From assembly GCA_022451235.1 (NCBI GenBank), contig JAKUOA010000002.1, forward strand, positions 2,155 to 66,154: a stretch of DNA of 64,000 nucleotides. Reading direction: 5' to 3'. The DNA is from Candidatus Thalassarchaeum sp. (GTDB taxonomy: Archaea > Thermoplasmatota > Poseidoniia > Poseidoniales > Thalassarchaeaceae). Every line of letters starts with the position of its first letter. Position 1 is the first letter of the stretch. A model generated the notes under the pieces. It searched no databases. It saw only the letters and a list, made by a program, of their open reading frames with translations, and was not told the origin of the DNA. The position numbers and the translations under genes are program-made. This document shows positions 45,910 to 55,389 of the stretch, in pieces.

Positions 45910-48900
45910 ATGAACCGCCGTAGGCGGTATAGGGTGTACATGATGTTCGGCTACTCGCGTCAGAATAATCTTGTAATCACTCGCAGGAAGGAGCGTTCAG
46001 CTGTTCTATTCAGCCTCCTCATGTTGCTAACCTCTTACTCTGCAATAGAATTTGCAACTTGGGAGGCGATGGGTTCAACAGATGCAGATGGAGATGGCCT
46101 CCCATATGGTTTGGAATACTACATTAACACCCAACCTCAAGATTGGGATTCTGATGGGGACGGCTTACCAGACGGCTGGGAATGGCAGTATGGTCTTGAC
46201 CCTCTTTCAGCCTCTGGAATCAATGGTTCTACCGGGGACCCTGATGGAGATTCCCTAACAAATCTAAACGAATATCAATATGGAATACCTGCTAATTGGG
46301 ATTCGGCAACTACACCAAATAAGCTCGATAATGGTGTTTGGTGGAATGGTACAGTTCCCGTTAGCAATTGGGATGAAGAGAGTGCTATGCAGTTGATTCA
46401 AGGATTGAATTCAGATGGAGCCGATGAAGACCCAATGGGGAATATTTGCTTCAACACATTTGACGATGACCACGATGGAATGGTTGACAGTTGGGACGGC
46501 GACAATGACGGAGACGCCGATTGTTCAAGCAATGATGATGATGGTGATAATTTAACCGACGAAGATCCAGATGGTTGGGACACAGATGGAGATGGGATGC
46601 CAGATGGTTGGGAGGTTGCTAACAACCTAGATCCGACTTCAAATTCAGGTGACGACGGTACTGCTGGTGATCCTGATGGAGATGGTCTAATCAATCTCTA
46701 TGAATACGTAAATCCGGCATGGGATACAAGGAATGGTACGACAAATCCACCAACCCAATATTGGAGGCCAGGGCCTGACAATCGAACCAATACTGAATCG
46801 CCTTGTAATCCTGTTTTAGCGCTTGGACCAGGTTCTCCCCCTTGCTCTCTATTTACGGCTGAAGTTGACGGAATTACCTATACTGATCCAAATAATAATG
46901 ACACAGATGGAGATGGATTAAATGATTCATACGAGGCATTGGTCCTTTTGACAGACCCTACAGCTTTAGACACTGATGGAGATGGAATATCAGATGGTGT
47001 TGAAGTAAATGGATCATATGGAAACCCCCCGCAAGCTTCCGATCCTCGGAACAATAACACGGATGGAGATCAATTCGATGATGGTGAAGAGGATACGAAT
47101 TTCAACGGAGTCGTTGACGCTAACGAAACCGATCCTACCAGGATAGAAGATTCAGGAGACTTTGACGGGGATGGAATTCAAAATTGGGAAGAAAATGCCA
47201 CTTGTACACTATGGGATGTTGCTGACACAGATGGAGGGGGTATCGATGATGGTAACGAACTTTCTCCAGCCCATGCCACCGATCCATGCACATCTACCTA
47301 CGAATTATATCTCGACGTCATCACATGGGTTCCCGTTGACTTTTCTGTAACGGTAAATAATACTAGCAAACTAGACCCCACTCCACTAGACTGGCGCCAA
47401 AATGGAGCCCCAATGGCGTATTTTGAATCCAGCACAGGAAATAGAACTCCCTTCCAATACTCCTCAATCGATGGCAATATACTACGCTCTGTTTCAATTA
47501 CTATGCCTTCCGACGCTCTCTATGTAGTTGTTCTAAACGGCTCATGGTGTTGGGACGCTTCACTCGGTTCTGCTAATGAACAACATTGTGATGATGATTA
47601 TCGAGATACAGATGGTGATGGTCTAGCCGATTGGGAAGAATCGTTGGGCTCATGGGGCTTCGAATCATTACCCACACTAATCGATTCTGACGGAGATGGA
47701 GTAAACGACCTCGATGAGGTAATCAATTCAACTGATCCGTTGGAGCCTTGTAGTAATCTGGCAGATTTTGATGGTGACGGTCTGAATAATTATTTCGAAA
47801 ATACTACTGGTTGTCCATTGATTTATGGTATTGAGAATGGAAATATGTCATTAGATAACTACACAACGCTGTGGAATAATTCCGATACAGACAATGGTGG
47901 CGTAATCGATTACCAAGAATATCTTGATGGAACAAATCCGCAGAATAATCCTGATGATGATCTGAATCCGTTGGATACTGATGGAGATGGAATCCCAGAT
48001 ACCATCGAACAAGAAATAGGCACTGATTGGTTAGATCCAGATACTGATGGAGGAGGTATTCCTGATGGAGATGAATGTCTGCCTGAATATTGGGATAATG
48101 GTTGTGCTGATTCGTTGTTCGACCCTTGGGACCCGACAGATGACATTTCTACAAACATGCTATATTTCTTCGCTGAGAATACAACCACTGGTATTGATTA
48201 CAATATTACTCATTATTGGCGATGGCACACATATGACTCCTATACAGGTGCCTCTTGGGGCGTCAATAATAGTTTAGTTGGGTACACACAAATGTTCCCT
48301 ACATGGTCAACAACTCAAGGTGTTGCACATCCGGACTTTTGGGATAATTCAGCCCTACATTCGTGGGAAATTTCATTCAGTAATAACGGAATAATAAGCC
48401 CTGGGGAAGAGTTGATTGCACCATACAATGCGGTCAATTATACCGGTTGGAGTGATGTAGCCGCGGGCTTAAATTTCTCAAATTATACTCGAGATGTTTT
48501 GATTGATTCTTCAGTTGTTGACCAGCTATACGTTACAACGCCTCAAATTATTTTTACCGATGCTATTCGAGATAATACAACTGCATTCCAAAATAGTACT
48601 TACGCTACCGGTTTCAGAGGACCTACAAATGTTACGACAATCACACAGGCTGTGCTGAATGAGAGTGGTTGGACATCTGCGTGGGATCAAATTGAGGCAA
48701 TACAAGAATTCCTAATTAATGGAAACAATACTACCACTTTCCTTAGAAATCACGCTGGTTCAAATGTGAATCGCAGTGGCTCAGGCATTGGAAGTATTCT
48801 AGAAGACACCTCGGTTTGGATTCTTGAGGAAGCTCTTGAAGGCGATTGCGATGAGTTTGCGACAGTTTTCGCCGCTATGTTGAGAAGTATTGGCTTACCT

Positions 48901-51900
48901 ACTAGAAAGGTTACAGGCTTCTCTGGTGGAACATGGGTCGATAATGGATTCGAAGTATATGGTAATGATTTCACATGGTGGGTTGAGGTTCATCTACAGA
49001 CAAACGCCAATCAAGGCGAATTAGACCTTGGTTGGATTCCATTCGAAGCTTGCCCAGACGTTTCAGTTGTCGAGGTAGTGGATGAAATTTGGTCACCAGA
49101 TTCTTTGGAAAGAGATTACTCTTCAGGTAACATCTCTCTTAATGGCACATTACAGTTTGTCAGTAACTCCTCAAGTATAGAGGGAATTACTCTAGAACTA
49201 TACCTTGTACCTGATAATGAGACTGTAAATGTCCCTGGAAGCGCTGCATTGGCAACTAGGCTAATCGGTACTACAACTACTGACTCTGAAGGATTCTTTT
49301 CATTCAATGGTTCACCTTCTGAGATGATTAAGCCTGGTTTTGGTTCTTTAGTGGTTTTAACCCAAAAGCAAGGATACGTTGGTGTACAGGGGGTATCCTT
49401 CCCATGGTCAATTAATATCACAGACGATGTAAATTTGTCAATAAGTAGCCCCGTTCCAGCCGAACAACCTATGTTGGGTGTAGGAGTTAACTCAACAGTC
49501 ACTGGAAGCATGAGTTGGGCTAACCTTCCACAAACAGATCCGGCCATGCTGGATACTCTCCAAGTCCTACTTAATTACACAACAATTGAGGAGGGAGATG
49601 TTAACCTAATTGCTGATGTTGGTTCGGGTGGGTATTTCGAGTTCAGTGTACCAATTTCAGAAAATGAGCCTCTTGGCCTCATTAATGCCAGTTTAGCATT
49701 CCTTGGATGGCATCAAACCGATTTGAATAATGCTAGCAATCCTGAATATCATCTAAGACCCAACACAATTGATTTTAATTTCAATATAACACCTTCACCA
49801 AACCTAACAATATCTCTAGAAGGAAGTGACGCAAACAACAGCATTTTGGATATTAATCAGTTAGTTTTCATCAACGGTACTGCAGTTAGTAGAGGGCCAT
49901 CACCTGATCCATTGAATGGCACACTTACTTTCCAGATGCGCAGGGCCGGAACCAATGGCCCCTATACTGACCTCGCAACTTGGGAACTTAATTCTAGCAA
50001 TTGGACAACAAATCCCGGTCAATTTGCTATCGAATGGGATTTTAATGAATCATCAGTATCTATCCCAGCGGGTCTTGTTGAAGTGAAGTTCATTTACTCT
50101 GCTGATGAGTTATTTGCTACCGATGAGGAATCTTTTGCGTCTAGTTTTGGTATCAGATCATATGTGGAATTCTCTTACCTATTAATTGCAACCGAAAGAG
50201 GCACAGAGGCTTCAGTCGCAGTACAATTATCTGACCATACTGGAACATCTGTTGCTGATTTCCCCGGCCTGTATAGTGTTGACTTTAATGGCACTGAAGT
50301 GTTCAACATTACCGACCCCGAATCGGGTATTTTCAACGTAGCATGGGTGCCGGATTTGAATACAATCGCTGGAGATTACTCGTGGCAACTAAATTACACT
50401 GGTTCAACATGGCTCAGGCCTACTTCAGTAGTTGATAGTATTAGGATACAAGGAAGAGCTAACGTAACAGTTACTGTGGGTTCCGAATGGACTGAGAGAG
50501 GAACCGTAACTTGGGTCTCAGGTGTTGCCCAGGATATTTTCCATCTTACTCCAATTACTGGAAATAACTCCTCAATTGTAGTCCAACTTGAGATTCCATC
50601 GGATTTACCTTCAAGCCCTGATGGAAGCCCCGCACCTCCCGTCATCCGTACACTTGTCAGTGGCTGGATTAACGAAACAACAGGCGCGTATAATTACTCA
50701 TTCACAATGCCGACTGATGTTCGTTCAAGTGCCTACTTCTTACGCTTTGTTCTAGACTTTTCGACAAACGCTGAGGTCCTTGGCCCATTCTATACTACTC
50801 TTGCACAAACAAGAGTCTTGACTGGAATTCAAAGCGAATTTGTAGTTAATGCAGAACCTGAATCAATCATTGTTATTGCCGGCACTACCCTAATTCTTAA
50901 TGCCACAATAACGGACATCGCAGATGATTCCGTGGTGCCCGATACAGATGTCGACTTATACCTCGATTGGGGTGGCCCTAATCAGGTAATTATCGATTCA
51001 GCGACAACAGATGTAGATGGTATTGCAAGATTTAGTCCTACTATTCTAGAAGACACCACTCCAGGATTCTATGACCTACGTGTCCACGCTAATGATGACC
51101 TAACAGATAATCTAACAGACGTCGATGCAGGGCGTTGGATAGGGAATGATACATTTGCAAATTTAACCGTGCAGGTAGACAGTCAAGTGGAAATCAACTC
51201 CATACCTCAAGAAGTCACTGCGGGGCAGTCATTTACCCTTTCAGGACGGGTTTTGGACGGATTCGATAGTAATAGAAGTGTAAGTGGGCCAATGGCGATA
51301 GAGGTATTCTTCCTCAATGATTCCAGTGAAACATTAGTTTCCAGCCACACAACAACAAACAACGGTTCGTTCTCGGTATCGGTTCCAACAGACCCATTTG
51401 GCGATGGAGTTTCAAGTGGGACCAAGACAGTAGTGGTGAGTGTAATTGAAGGGAGTTCTCCTTTCTATCTTACAGGTACCGGTAATGACTCTATTCTAGT
51501 AAGGGGAGTAACTCGATTTACTGAGAGAACTCCTATAATCCAGACTGTTGTTGATAGGGGGACCTCAATTACTTTCGGGGCTCGATTAACCGAATTTTCG
51601 GATAATGACCTTCCTGTTGGAGGTACGGAAGTTGCAGCTAAATTCCATGATACATGGCTGACTGAAGGAATAACTAACGGCCAAGGACTAGTCAATTTCA
51701 CCTTTGATGTTCCACATACACACCCGCTTGGTCAAATCGGAATCACTCTATATTTCAATGGCTCTGCAACTCTCCATTCAACAACTACTGTATTGAACCA
51801 AATTTTCGTCCGTTCACCAACTAATCTTACAATTTCACCAGTAACAGATAATCCAATTGCTGGCGAATCATTCAATGTTAGTGGAACATTACTATCTAGT

Positions 51901-54876
51901 AATGGTACAGGAATAATGGATAGGACAGGGGCTGCTTTACCTTCATCCCTTACATTCTCTATAGACGGCACCGATTCGGGGTTCCAAGCAACTGGAGGTG
52001 TTGTGAATCCAAATGGCACTTGGAGCGCTGTAATTACGCTCGGGCTTTCTTTCCCTAGAGGGGCTCATAACATTACCGCTAGTTATACTCCAACCGTAAA
52101 TTACTACGGCTCAAGTAGTGATACAGGATCTTTCGATAGTAGGGGGTACTCTCTAATTTCAATATTAGATCCGGCAGACCTAGATCCCGATAGAAGAGTT
52201 GTTAGAGGCAATGATGTTAGTGTAAATCTCTCAATCATAGATAATGCAGGTCAATTGGTAGAAGATGCCGAAATAGACATTCTAGTTGATGGTTCATTCA
52301 TTCAATCTGTGACTACCGATTCAACAGGAAGAGCAACTTTGGTGATCCCTGTAGATGCGCAGAGAACACAAGGTCCAATGCTAATTTCTGCAGAATTCCC
52401 GGGAATAAATGGTTCTACGGGTTTAATCGGAGACTCCACCTGGTCTAGAGTAATCGTTCTCGCTCCAACAATAATAGAATTCACAGAGATATCAGGTTCC
52501 ATGATTGCTGGAGAAAACATTACTTTCACTGGTACCCTTCTAGATGAGCATGGCCAATTATTGACTGATAACGGTTTAATTTCTGGAGGAGTAATCCATA
52601 TTTGGATCGATGGAACCGATGTCGGTTCTATCTACACAACAGTTTCGAACGCCTCCACAGGGCAGTGGAGAGTGACCTATGATTTGCCATTAGATATGGA
52701 TTACGGGGCTCATACAGTTACTGCGAAATTCCTTGGAGGATTTACCTGGGTAGATCCGATGGGTCAAGGAGATTCATTGAATCCTGAATATTACCTGCCC
52801 GCCGCAAGTACAGTTGAATTCAATGTAACACAAACATCTCAAGTTATTATCACAACTCCACCCGGAGAAGTCGATAGGAACCAGTTACTTCTCATTGAAG
52901 GAATGCTTACAGATGGAGCGGGTCGTACGCTTGGAGATAGATATCTAGAAGTCACCATGAATGATCAATTCCTGACCGGGCTTCAGGTAGAAGAAAATGG
53001 AACATTCAGCGTATATCTTCCAATTCCACCAGATATGCCATTAGGCCCTAGATTGGTGAAGATAATTTTCCAGGGCGAGGAGTTCATACTCACTTCAAAT
53101 TCAACCACAGTATTCACAGTATACGCTCCCACTATCATTTCGATTGACCCTGTAAGTGCATACGCTGTGGGAGATGAAATGAGGCTTACTGGAACAGTTA
53201 GAGATAATCTCCCTGATGGCGGATTGGCAAATCACTCCCTTGAAATTTTCATTGATGGCACCCTAGTTGGGATAACCACAAGTCGTGAAAATGGTGATTG
53301 GTCATTCAATTGGGTCATTTCAGACTTCTTGGACATCGGCTTCCATACGATAACTGTAACGGCCCCTGCACAGGGGTATTACAGGCCAGGAAGTGTAGAT
53401 GCCAATCTGACAATTGCTTACCATACTACGATTAATTTGCAAGTGGATGATGTATCAGTTACTAGAGGCGAACAATGGAACTTTACAGGTAGACTATTTG
53501 ACTCAGATACAGCAGGAGCACCAGGTCTTTCTGGAAGAGAAATTATTGTCACTCTTGATGGATTAGAAATCAATCGAATAACCACTGGCGAGGATGGTAT
53601 TTTCGAATTGGAATATTCGATAGGCTACCTAATTGCAAGAGGTGGACACGATATTAGATTCACATTTGAGGGTCAAACATTTTACCTGCCTGTGGAGTAT
53701 AACATGACGGTTTATGCAAAGGCAGATATCGAAATAGAGGTTCTTTGGGAGACTGACTTGATAATTCGTTCAGATGATTCTAAGGAGATTAAATTAGTTG
53801 GCAGAATAGTCGAAGTTGGCGGAGAAAGTAACGTCATTGAAGGCATGGAAGTCGTCTTGCTTTGGAATGGTTTAGCAGAACCATCAATCCTAGTGTGGGA
53901 TGAATCAACAGGTCACTTTGAACTCCGCTCTCCAGCTCGCTCGACAATGCCTCCTGGTGAATTATCACTTACAATATCCGCAATTGCAGATGCAGACAGA
54001 TTCCTAAACGGTTTGGAGATTGAGCATATAGTAAACATCCGCGTTCCTGTGACATTTACATTTACACCGGATAATCATCATATCAAGGAAAACCAGAGAC
54101 GAATAAATGGTACTGTGACAGTTACTGCGAACGATACGGGGCTACCCGTTGAAGGCATTTCCATTGTCGCTAGACTGGTCAACCAATCAGTGATACATTT
54201 CCAAAATGTCAAACTCACCGATTCCAATGGTATAATGGATTATGATTTCACAATCCAAAACCAACCAGCATTTTACGACAAAAATAAATGGGGAGAATTA
54301 TCTCTACTATTCCACACAGATTCTCAATTAATCAGTCCAAATGATCGTTTGTGGTTGAACAACGATTATTCTGGTATCGAGATGACTTACGAAGACCCAG
54401 CACCTCTCTTTACATTCTGGCAAATTCTTGCTATAATTGGAATAATCTTGATTTTAGGGACTCTTGTTGGATTAGGGTTGTCTCTCAGAAGACGCAGATT
54501 AGCAGCTCTTGATGAGATGGCCGGAGTTTTCAGTTATACAGCTGAGTTACTAGCTGCTGGAGATGAAATCCGAGAGGCTATATTCACTTGTTATGAGAGC
54601 CTTTGCAATATACTAATGAGAAATGGATTCCTTCGTCGAGACTTTGAAACTGTAAGGGAATTTGAAATGGCAATTAGAAAGGCCCTACCAATTAGTGAAG
54701 AAGCTCTTGTGGCATTAGATCGAATTTTTGAAGAGGCCAGATATTCATCTCACAAGTTGGGAGATGGTCATAGACAAAACGCTCAGCATGCACTTTCAAT
54801 GGTATTACAAGAAATTGATCAGTTACAAGATGTGCCAGAGAGAGATTCATTTGACCTTAGTGAAGCAGTCGCCTGA
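45910..54876 (+). CDS. 2,988-aa giant surface protein: TM, TSP3-like Ca-binding repeats, transglutaminase-like core, beta-sandwich repeat array, TM, DUF4129-like tail
   Basis: Uninterrupted 8,967-nt ORF. See the sub-features and finding 1 for motifs read from the translation. Confidence 0.9.
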   Translation: MNRRRRYRVYMMFGYSRQNNLVITRRKERSAVLFSLLMLLTSYSAIEFATWEAMGSTDADGDGLPYGLEYYINTQPQDWDSDGDGLPDGWEWQYGLDPLSASGINGSTGDPDGDSLTNLNEYQYGIPANWDSATTPNKLDNGVWWNGTVPVSNWDEESAMQLIQGLNSDGADEDPMGNICFNTFDDDHDGMVDSWDGDNDGDADCSSNDDDGDNLTDEDPDGWDTDGDGMPDGWEVANNLDPTSNSGDDGTAGDPDGDGLINLYEYVNPAWDTRNGTTNPPTQYWRPGPDNRTNTESPCNPVLALGPGSPPCSLFTAEVDGITYTDPNNNDTDGDGLNDSYEALVLLTDPTALDTDGDGISDGVEVNGSYGNPPQASDPRNNNTDGDQFDDGEEDTNFNGVVDANETDPTRIEDSGDFDGDGIQNWEENATCTLWDVADTDGGGIDDGNELSPAHATDPCTSTYELYLDVITWVPVDFSVTVNNTSKLDPTPLDWRQNGAPMAYFESSTGNRTPFQYSSIDGNILRSVSITMPSDALYVVVLNGSWCWDASLGSANEQHCDDDYRDTDGDGLADWEESLGSWGFESLPTLIDSDGDGVNDLDEVINSTDPLEPCSNLADFDGDGLNNYFENTTGCPLIYGIENGNMSLDNYTTLWNNSDTDNGGVIDYQEYLDGTNPQNNPDDDLNPLDTDGDGIPDTIEQEIGTDWLDPDTDGGGIPDGDECLPEYWDNGCADSLFDPWDPTDDISTNMLYFFAENTTTGIDYNITHYWRWHTYDSYTGASWGVNNSLVGYTQMFPTWSTTQGVAHPDFWDNSALHSWEISFSNNGIISPGEELIAPYNAVNYTGWSDVAAGLNFSNYTRDVLIDSSVVDQLYVTTPQIIFTDAIRDNTTAFQNSTYATGFRGPTNVTTITQAVLNESGWTSAWDQIEAIQEFLINGNNTTTFLRNHAGSNVNRSGSGIGSILEDTSVWILEEALEGDCDEFATVFAAMLRSIGLPTRKVTGFSGGTWVDNGFEVYGNDFTWWVEVHLQTNANQGELDLGWIPFEACPDVSVVEVVDEIWSPDSLERDYSSGNISLNGTLQFVSNSSSIEGITLELYLVPDNETVNVPGSAALATRLIGTTTTDSEGFFSFNGSPSEMIKPGFGSLVVLTQKQGYVGVQGVSFPWSINITDDVNLSISSPVPAEQPMLGVGVNSTVTGSMSWANLPQTDPAMLDTLQVLLNYTTIEEGDVNLIADVGSGGYFEFSVPISENEPLGLINASLAFLGWHQTDLNNASNPEYHLRPNTIDFNFNITPSPNLTISLEGSDANNSILDINQLVFINGTAVSRGPSPDPLNGTLTFQMRRAGTNGPYTDLATWELNSSNWTTNPGQFAIEWDFNESSVSIPAGLVEVKFIYSADELFATDEESFASSFGIRSYVEFSYLLIATERGTEASVAVQLSDHTGTSVADFPGLYSVDFNGTEVFNITDPESGIFNVAWVPDLNTIAGDYSWQLNYTGSTWLRPTSVVDSIRIQGRANVTVTVGSEWTERGTVTWVSGVAQDIFHLTPITGNNSSIVVQLEIPSDLPSSPDGSPAPPVIRTLVSGWINETTGAYNYSFTMPTDVRSSAYFLRFVLDFSTNAEVLGPFYTTLAQTRVLTGIQSEFVVNAEPESIIVIAGTTLILNATITDIADDSVVPDTDVDLYLDWGGPNQVIIDSATTDVDGIARFSPTILEDTTPGFYDLRVHANDDLTDNLTDVDAGRWIGNDTFANLTVQVDSQVEINSIPQEVTAGQSFTLSGRVLDGFDSNRSVSGPMAIEVFFLNDSSETLVSSHTTTNNGSFSVSVPTDPFGDGVSSGTKTVVVSVIEGSSPFYLTGTGNDSILVRGVTRFTERTPIIQTVVDRGTSITFGARLTEFSDNDLPVGGTEVAAKFHDTWLTEGITNGQGLVNFTFDVPHTHPLGQIGITLYFNGSATLHSTTTVLNQIFVRSPTNLTISPVTDNPIAGESFNVSGTLLSSNGTGIMDRTGAALPSSLTFSIDGTDSGFQATGGVVNPNGTWSAVITLGLSFPRGAHNITASYTPTVNYYGSSSDTGSFDSRGYSLISILDPADLDPDRRVVRGNDVSVNLSIIDNAGQLVEDAEIDILVDGSFIQSVTTDSTGRATLVIPVDAQRTQGPMLISAEFPGINGSTGLIGDSTWSRVIVLAPTIIEFTEISGSMIAGENITFTGTLLDEHGQLLTDNGLISGGVIHIWIDGTDVGSIYTTVSNASTGQWRVTYDLPLDMDYGAHTVTAKFLGGFTWVDPMGQGDSLNPEYYLPAASTVEFNVTQTSQVIITTPPGEVDRNQLLLIEGMLTDGAGRTLGDRYLEVTMNDQFLTGLQVEENGTFSVYLPIPPDMPLGPRLVKIIFQGEEFILTSNSTTVFTVYAPTIISIDPVSAYAVGDEMRLTGTVRDNLPDGGLANHSLEIFIDGTLVGITTSRENGDWSFNWVISDFLDIGFHTITVTAPAQGYYRPGSVDANLTIAYHTTINLQVDDVSVTRGEQWNFTGRLFDSDTAGAPGLSGREIIVTLDGLEINRITTGEDGIFELEYSIGYLIARGGHDIRFTFEGQTFYLPVEYNMTVYAKADIEIEVLWETDLIIRSDDSKEIKLVGRIVEVGGESNVIEGMEVVLLWNGLAEPSILVWDESTGHFELRSPARSTMPPGELSLTISAIADADRFLNGLEIEHIVNIRVPVTFTFTPDNHHIKENQRRINGTVTVTANDTGLPVEGISIVARLVNQSVIHFQNVKLTDSNGIMDYDFTIQNQPAFYDKNKWGELSLLFHTDSQLISPNDRLWLNNDYSGIEMTYEDPAPLFTFWQILAIIGIILILGTLVGLGLSLRRRRLAALDEMAGVFSYTAELLAAGDEIREAIFTCYESLCNILMRNGFLRRDFETVREFEMAIRKALPISEEALVALDRIFEEARYSSHKLGDGHRQNAQHALSMVLQEIDQLQDVPERDSFDLSEAVA
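46081..48080 (+). repeat. about 16 coding copies of an acidic DxDxDGxxDxxE (thrombospondin-type-3-like) calcium-binding loop
   Basis: Examples: DADGDGLPYGLE, DSDGDGLPDGWE, DTDGDGMPDGWE, DTDGDGLNDSYE, DTDGDGISDGVE, DFDGDGIQNWEE, DTDGDGLADWEE, DSDGDGVNDLDE, DTDGDGIPDTIE. The recurring DNA core is GAYRSNGAYGGNGAYGG. Confidence 0.8.
48820..49056 (+). other. transglutaminase-like (papain-fold) catalytic core within the giant ORF
   Basis: GDCDEFATVFAAMLRSIGLPTRKVTGF (Cys980), FTWWVEVH (His1028), GWIPFEA (Glu1046 at the position usually held by Asp). Confidence 0.8.
49100..54300 (+). repeat. array of at least a dozen divergent beta-sandwich (carboxypeptidase-regulatory/Big-like) modules within the giant ORF
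   Basis: Recurring module starts include ISLNGTLQFV, FINGTAVSRG, FTLSGRVLDG, FNVSGTLLSS, ITFTGTLLDEHG, LLIEGMLTDGAG, MRLTGTVRDN, WNFTGRLFDS, IKLVGRIVEV and INGTVTVTANDTGLPVEG. The repeats are at the protein level and the DNA is diverged. Confidence 0.6.
54412..54873 (+). other. C-terminal TM helix plus DUF4129-like cytoplasmic tail of the giant ORF
   Basis: FWQILAIIGIILILGTLVGLGLSL-RRRR, then ..REAIFTCYESLCNILMRNGFLRRDFETVREFEMAIRKALP..LDRIFEEARYSSHKL. Confidence 0.65.
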
Positions 54877-55350
54877 TTAATCAAAACTCAGATGAAGAAC
54901 TCCATCTGAAATAATTGCTGACTCAACATCCATTGTCGCTGGTACTGAAAGTGTACGAATCATACCCCCGAAGCGTTCAGGTGCAATCACTCTAACCAGT
55001 CTTCTCTCATCGTCTATGGATGTTGTCACAGTAAGGCTAGTCAAAGACTCGATATCTAAATTTATGTCGAATCCTGCTTTTGCTGACTCTCTATCCAACT
55101 CATCGAAGGCAACACTATCTGAATCAAATGTTCTAGTGTGTTTTTTCGAATGTTCTATTTTTCCTGAAATATGTGTCAAAATTTCATTGTGATTACTTTT
55201 TGCAGATTCAAGATGTGTAAGGTCTGCCAAAAAATGTTGATGCATAGCCTCAGCGTGGATATCGAGTCCTCTATCCAGATGTTCATCTACTGCTTCTTCT
55301 AGGTCATTGTAACCCACAACATCGACCTTCCGCCACATATCTTTCAACAT
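54877..55350 (-). CDS. hypothetical protein with weak Hsp20/alpha-crystallin-like C-terminus
   Basis: 157 aa. C-terminal ..LVRVIAPERFGGMIRTLSVPATMDVESAIISDGVLHLSFD resembles the last strands of an ACD. Its stop codon directly abuts the stop of the giant gene (convergent). Confidence 0.45.
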   Translation of the reverse strand: MLKDMWRKVDVVGYNDLEEAVDEHLDRGLDIHAEAMHQHFLADLTHLESAKSNHNEILTHISGKIEHSKKHTRTFDSDSVAFDELDRESAKAGFDINLDIESLTSLTVTTSIDDERRLVRVIAPERFGGMIRTLSVPATMDVESAIISDGVLHLSFD

Positions 55351-55389
55351 CGCGAAGAATCCGACTTTGATGAATCCATTGATTGAATC

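Noticed and set aside
46081-48080. A periodic short DNA motif (GAY..GATGGAGATGG..) recurs about 16 times and looks superficially like a repeat array or CRISPR.
   Set aside because: The copies are in-frame codons for DxDxDG calcium-binding loops inside one long ORF. Spacing is irregular and the repeat units are not identical. There is no leader or cas context.
45285-52529. Many 60-150-aa antisense and off-frame ORFs lie inside the two surface-protein genes (e.g. 45285-45737, 49116-49547, 51732-52019, all minus strand).
   Set aside because: All are nested in long, motif-supported plus-strand ORFs. Their translations are Ser/Pro/Val-rich low-complexity strings typical of the shadow frames of repeat-rich genes.
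42674-54876. The surface-gene block considered as an integrated mobile element at tRNA-Leu.
   Set aside because: The window contains no integrase, transposase or other mobility gene. Only an 11-nt repeat 117 bp apart supports the idea. It is kept as a low-interest finding, not annotated as a mobile element.
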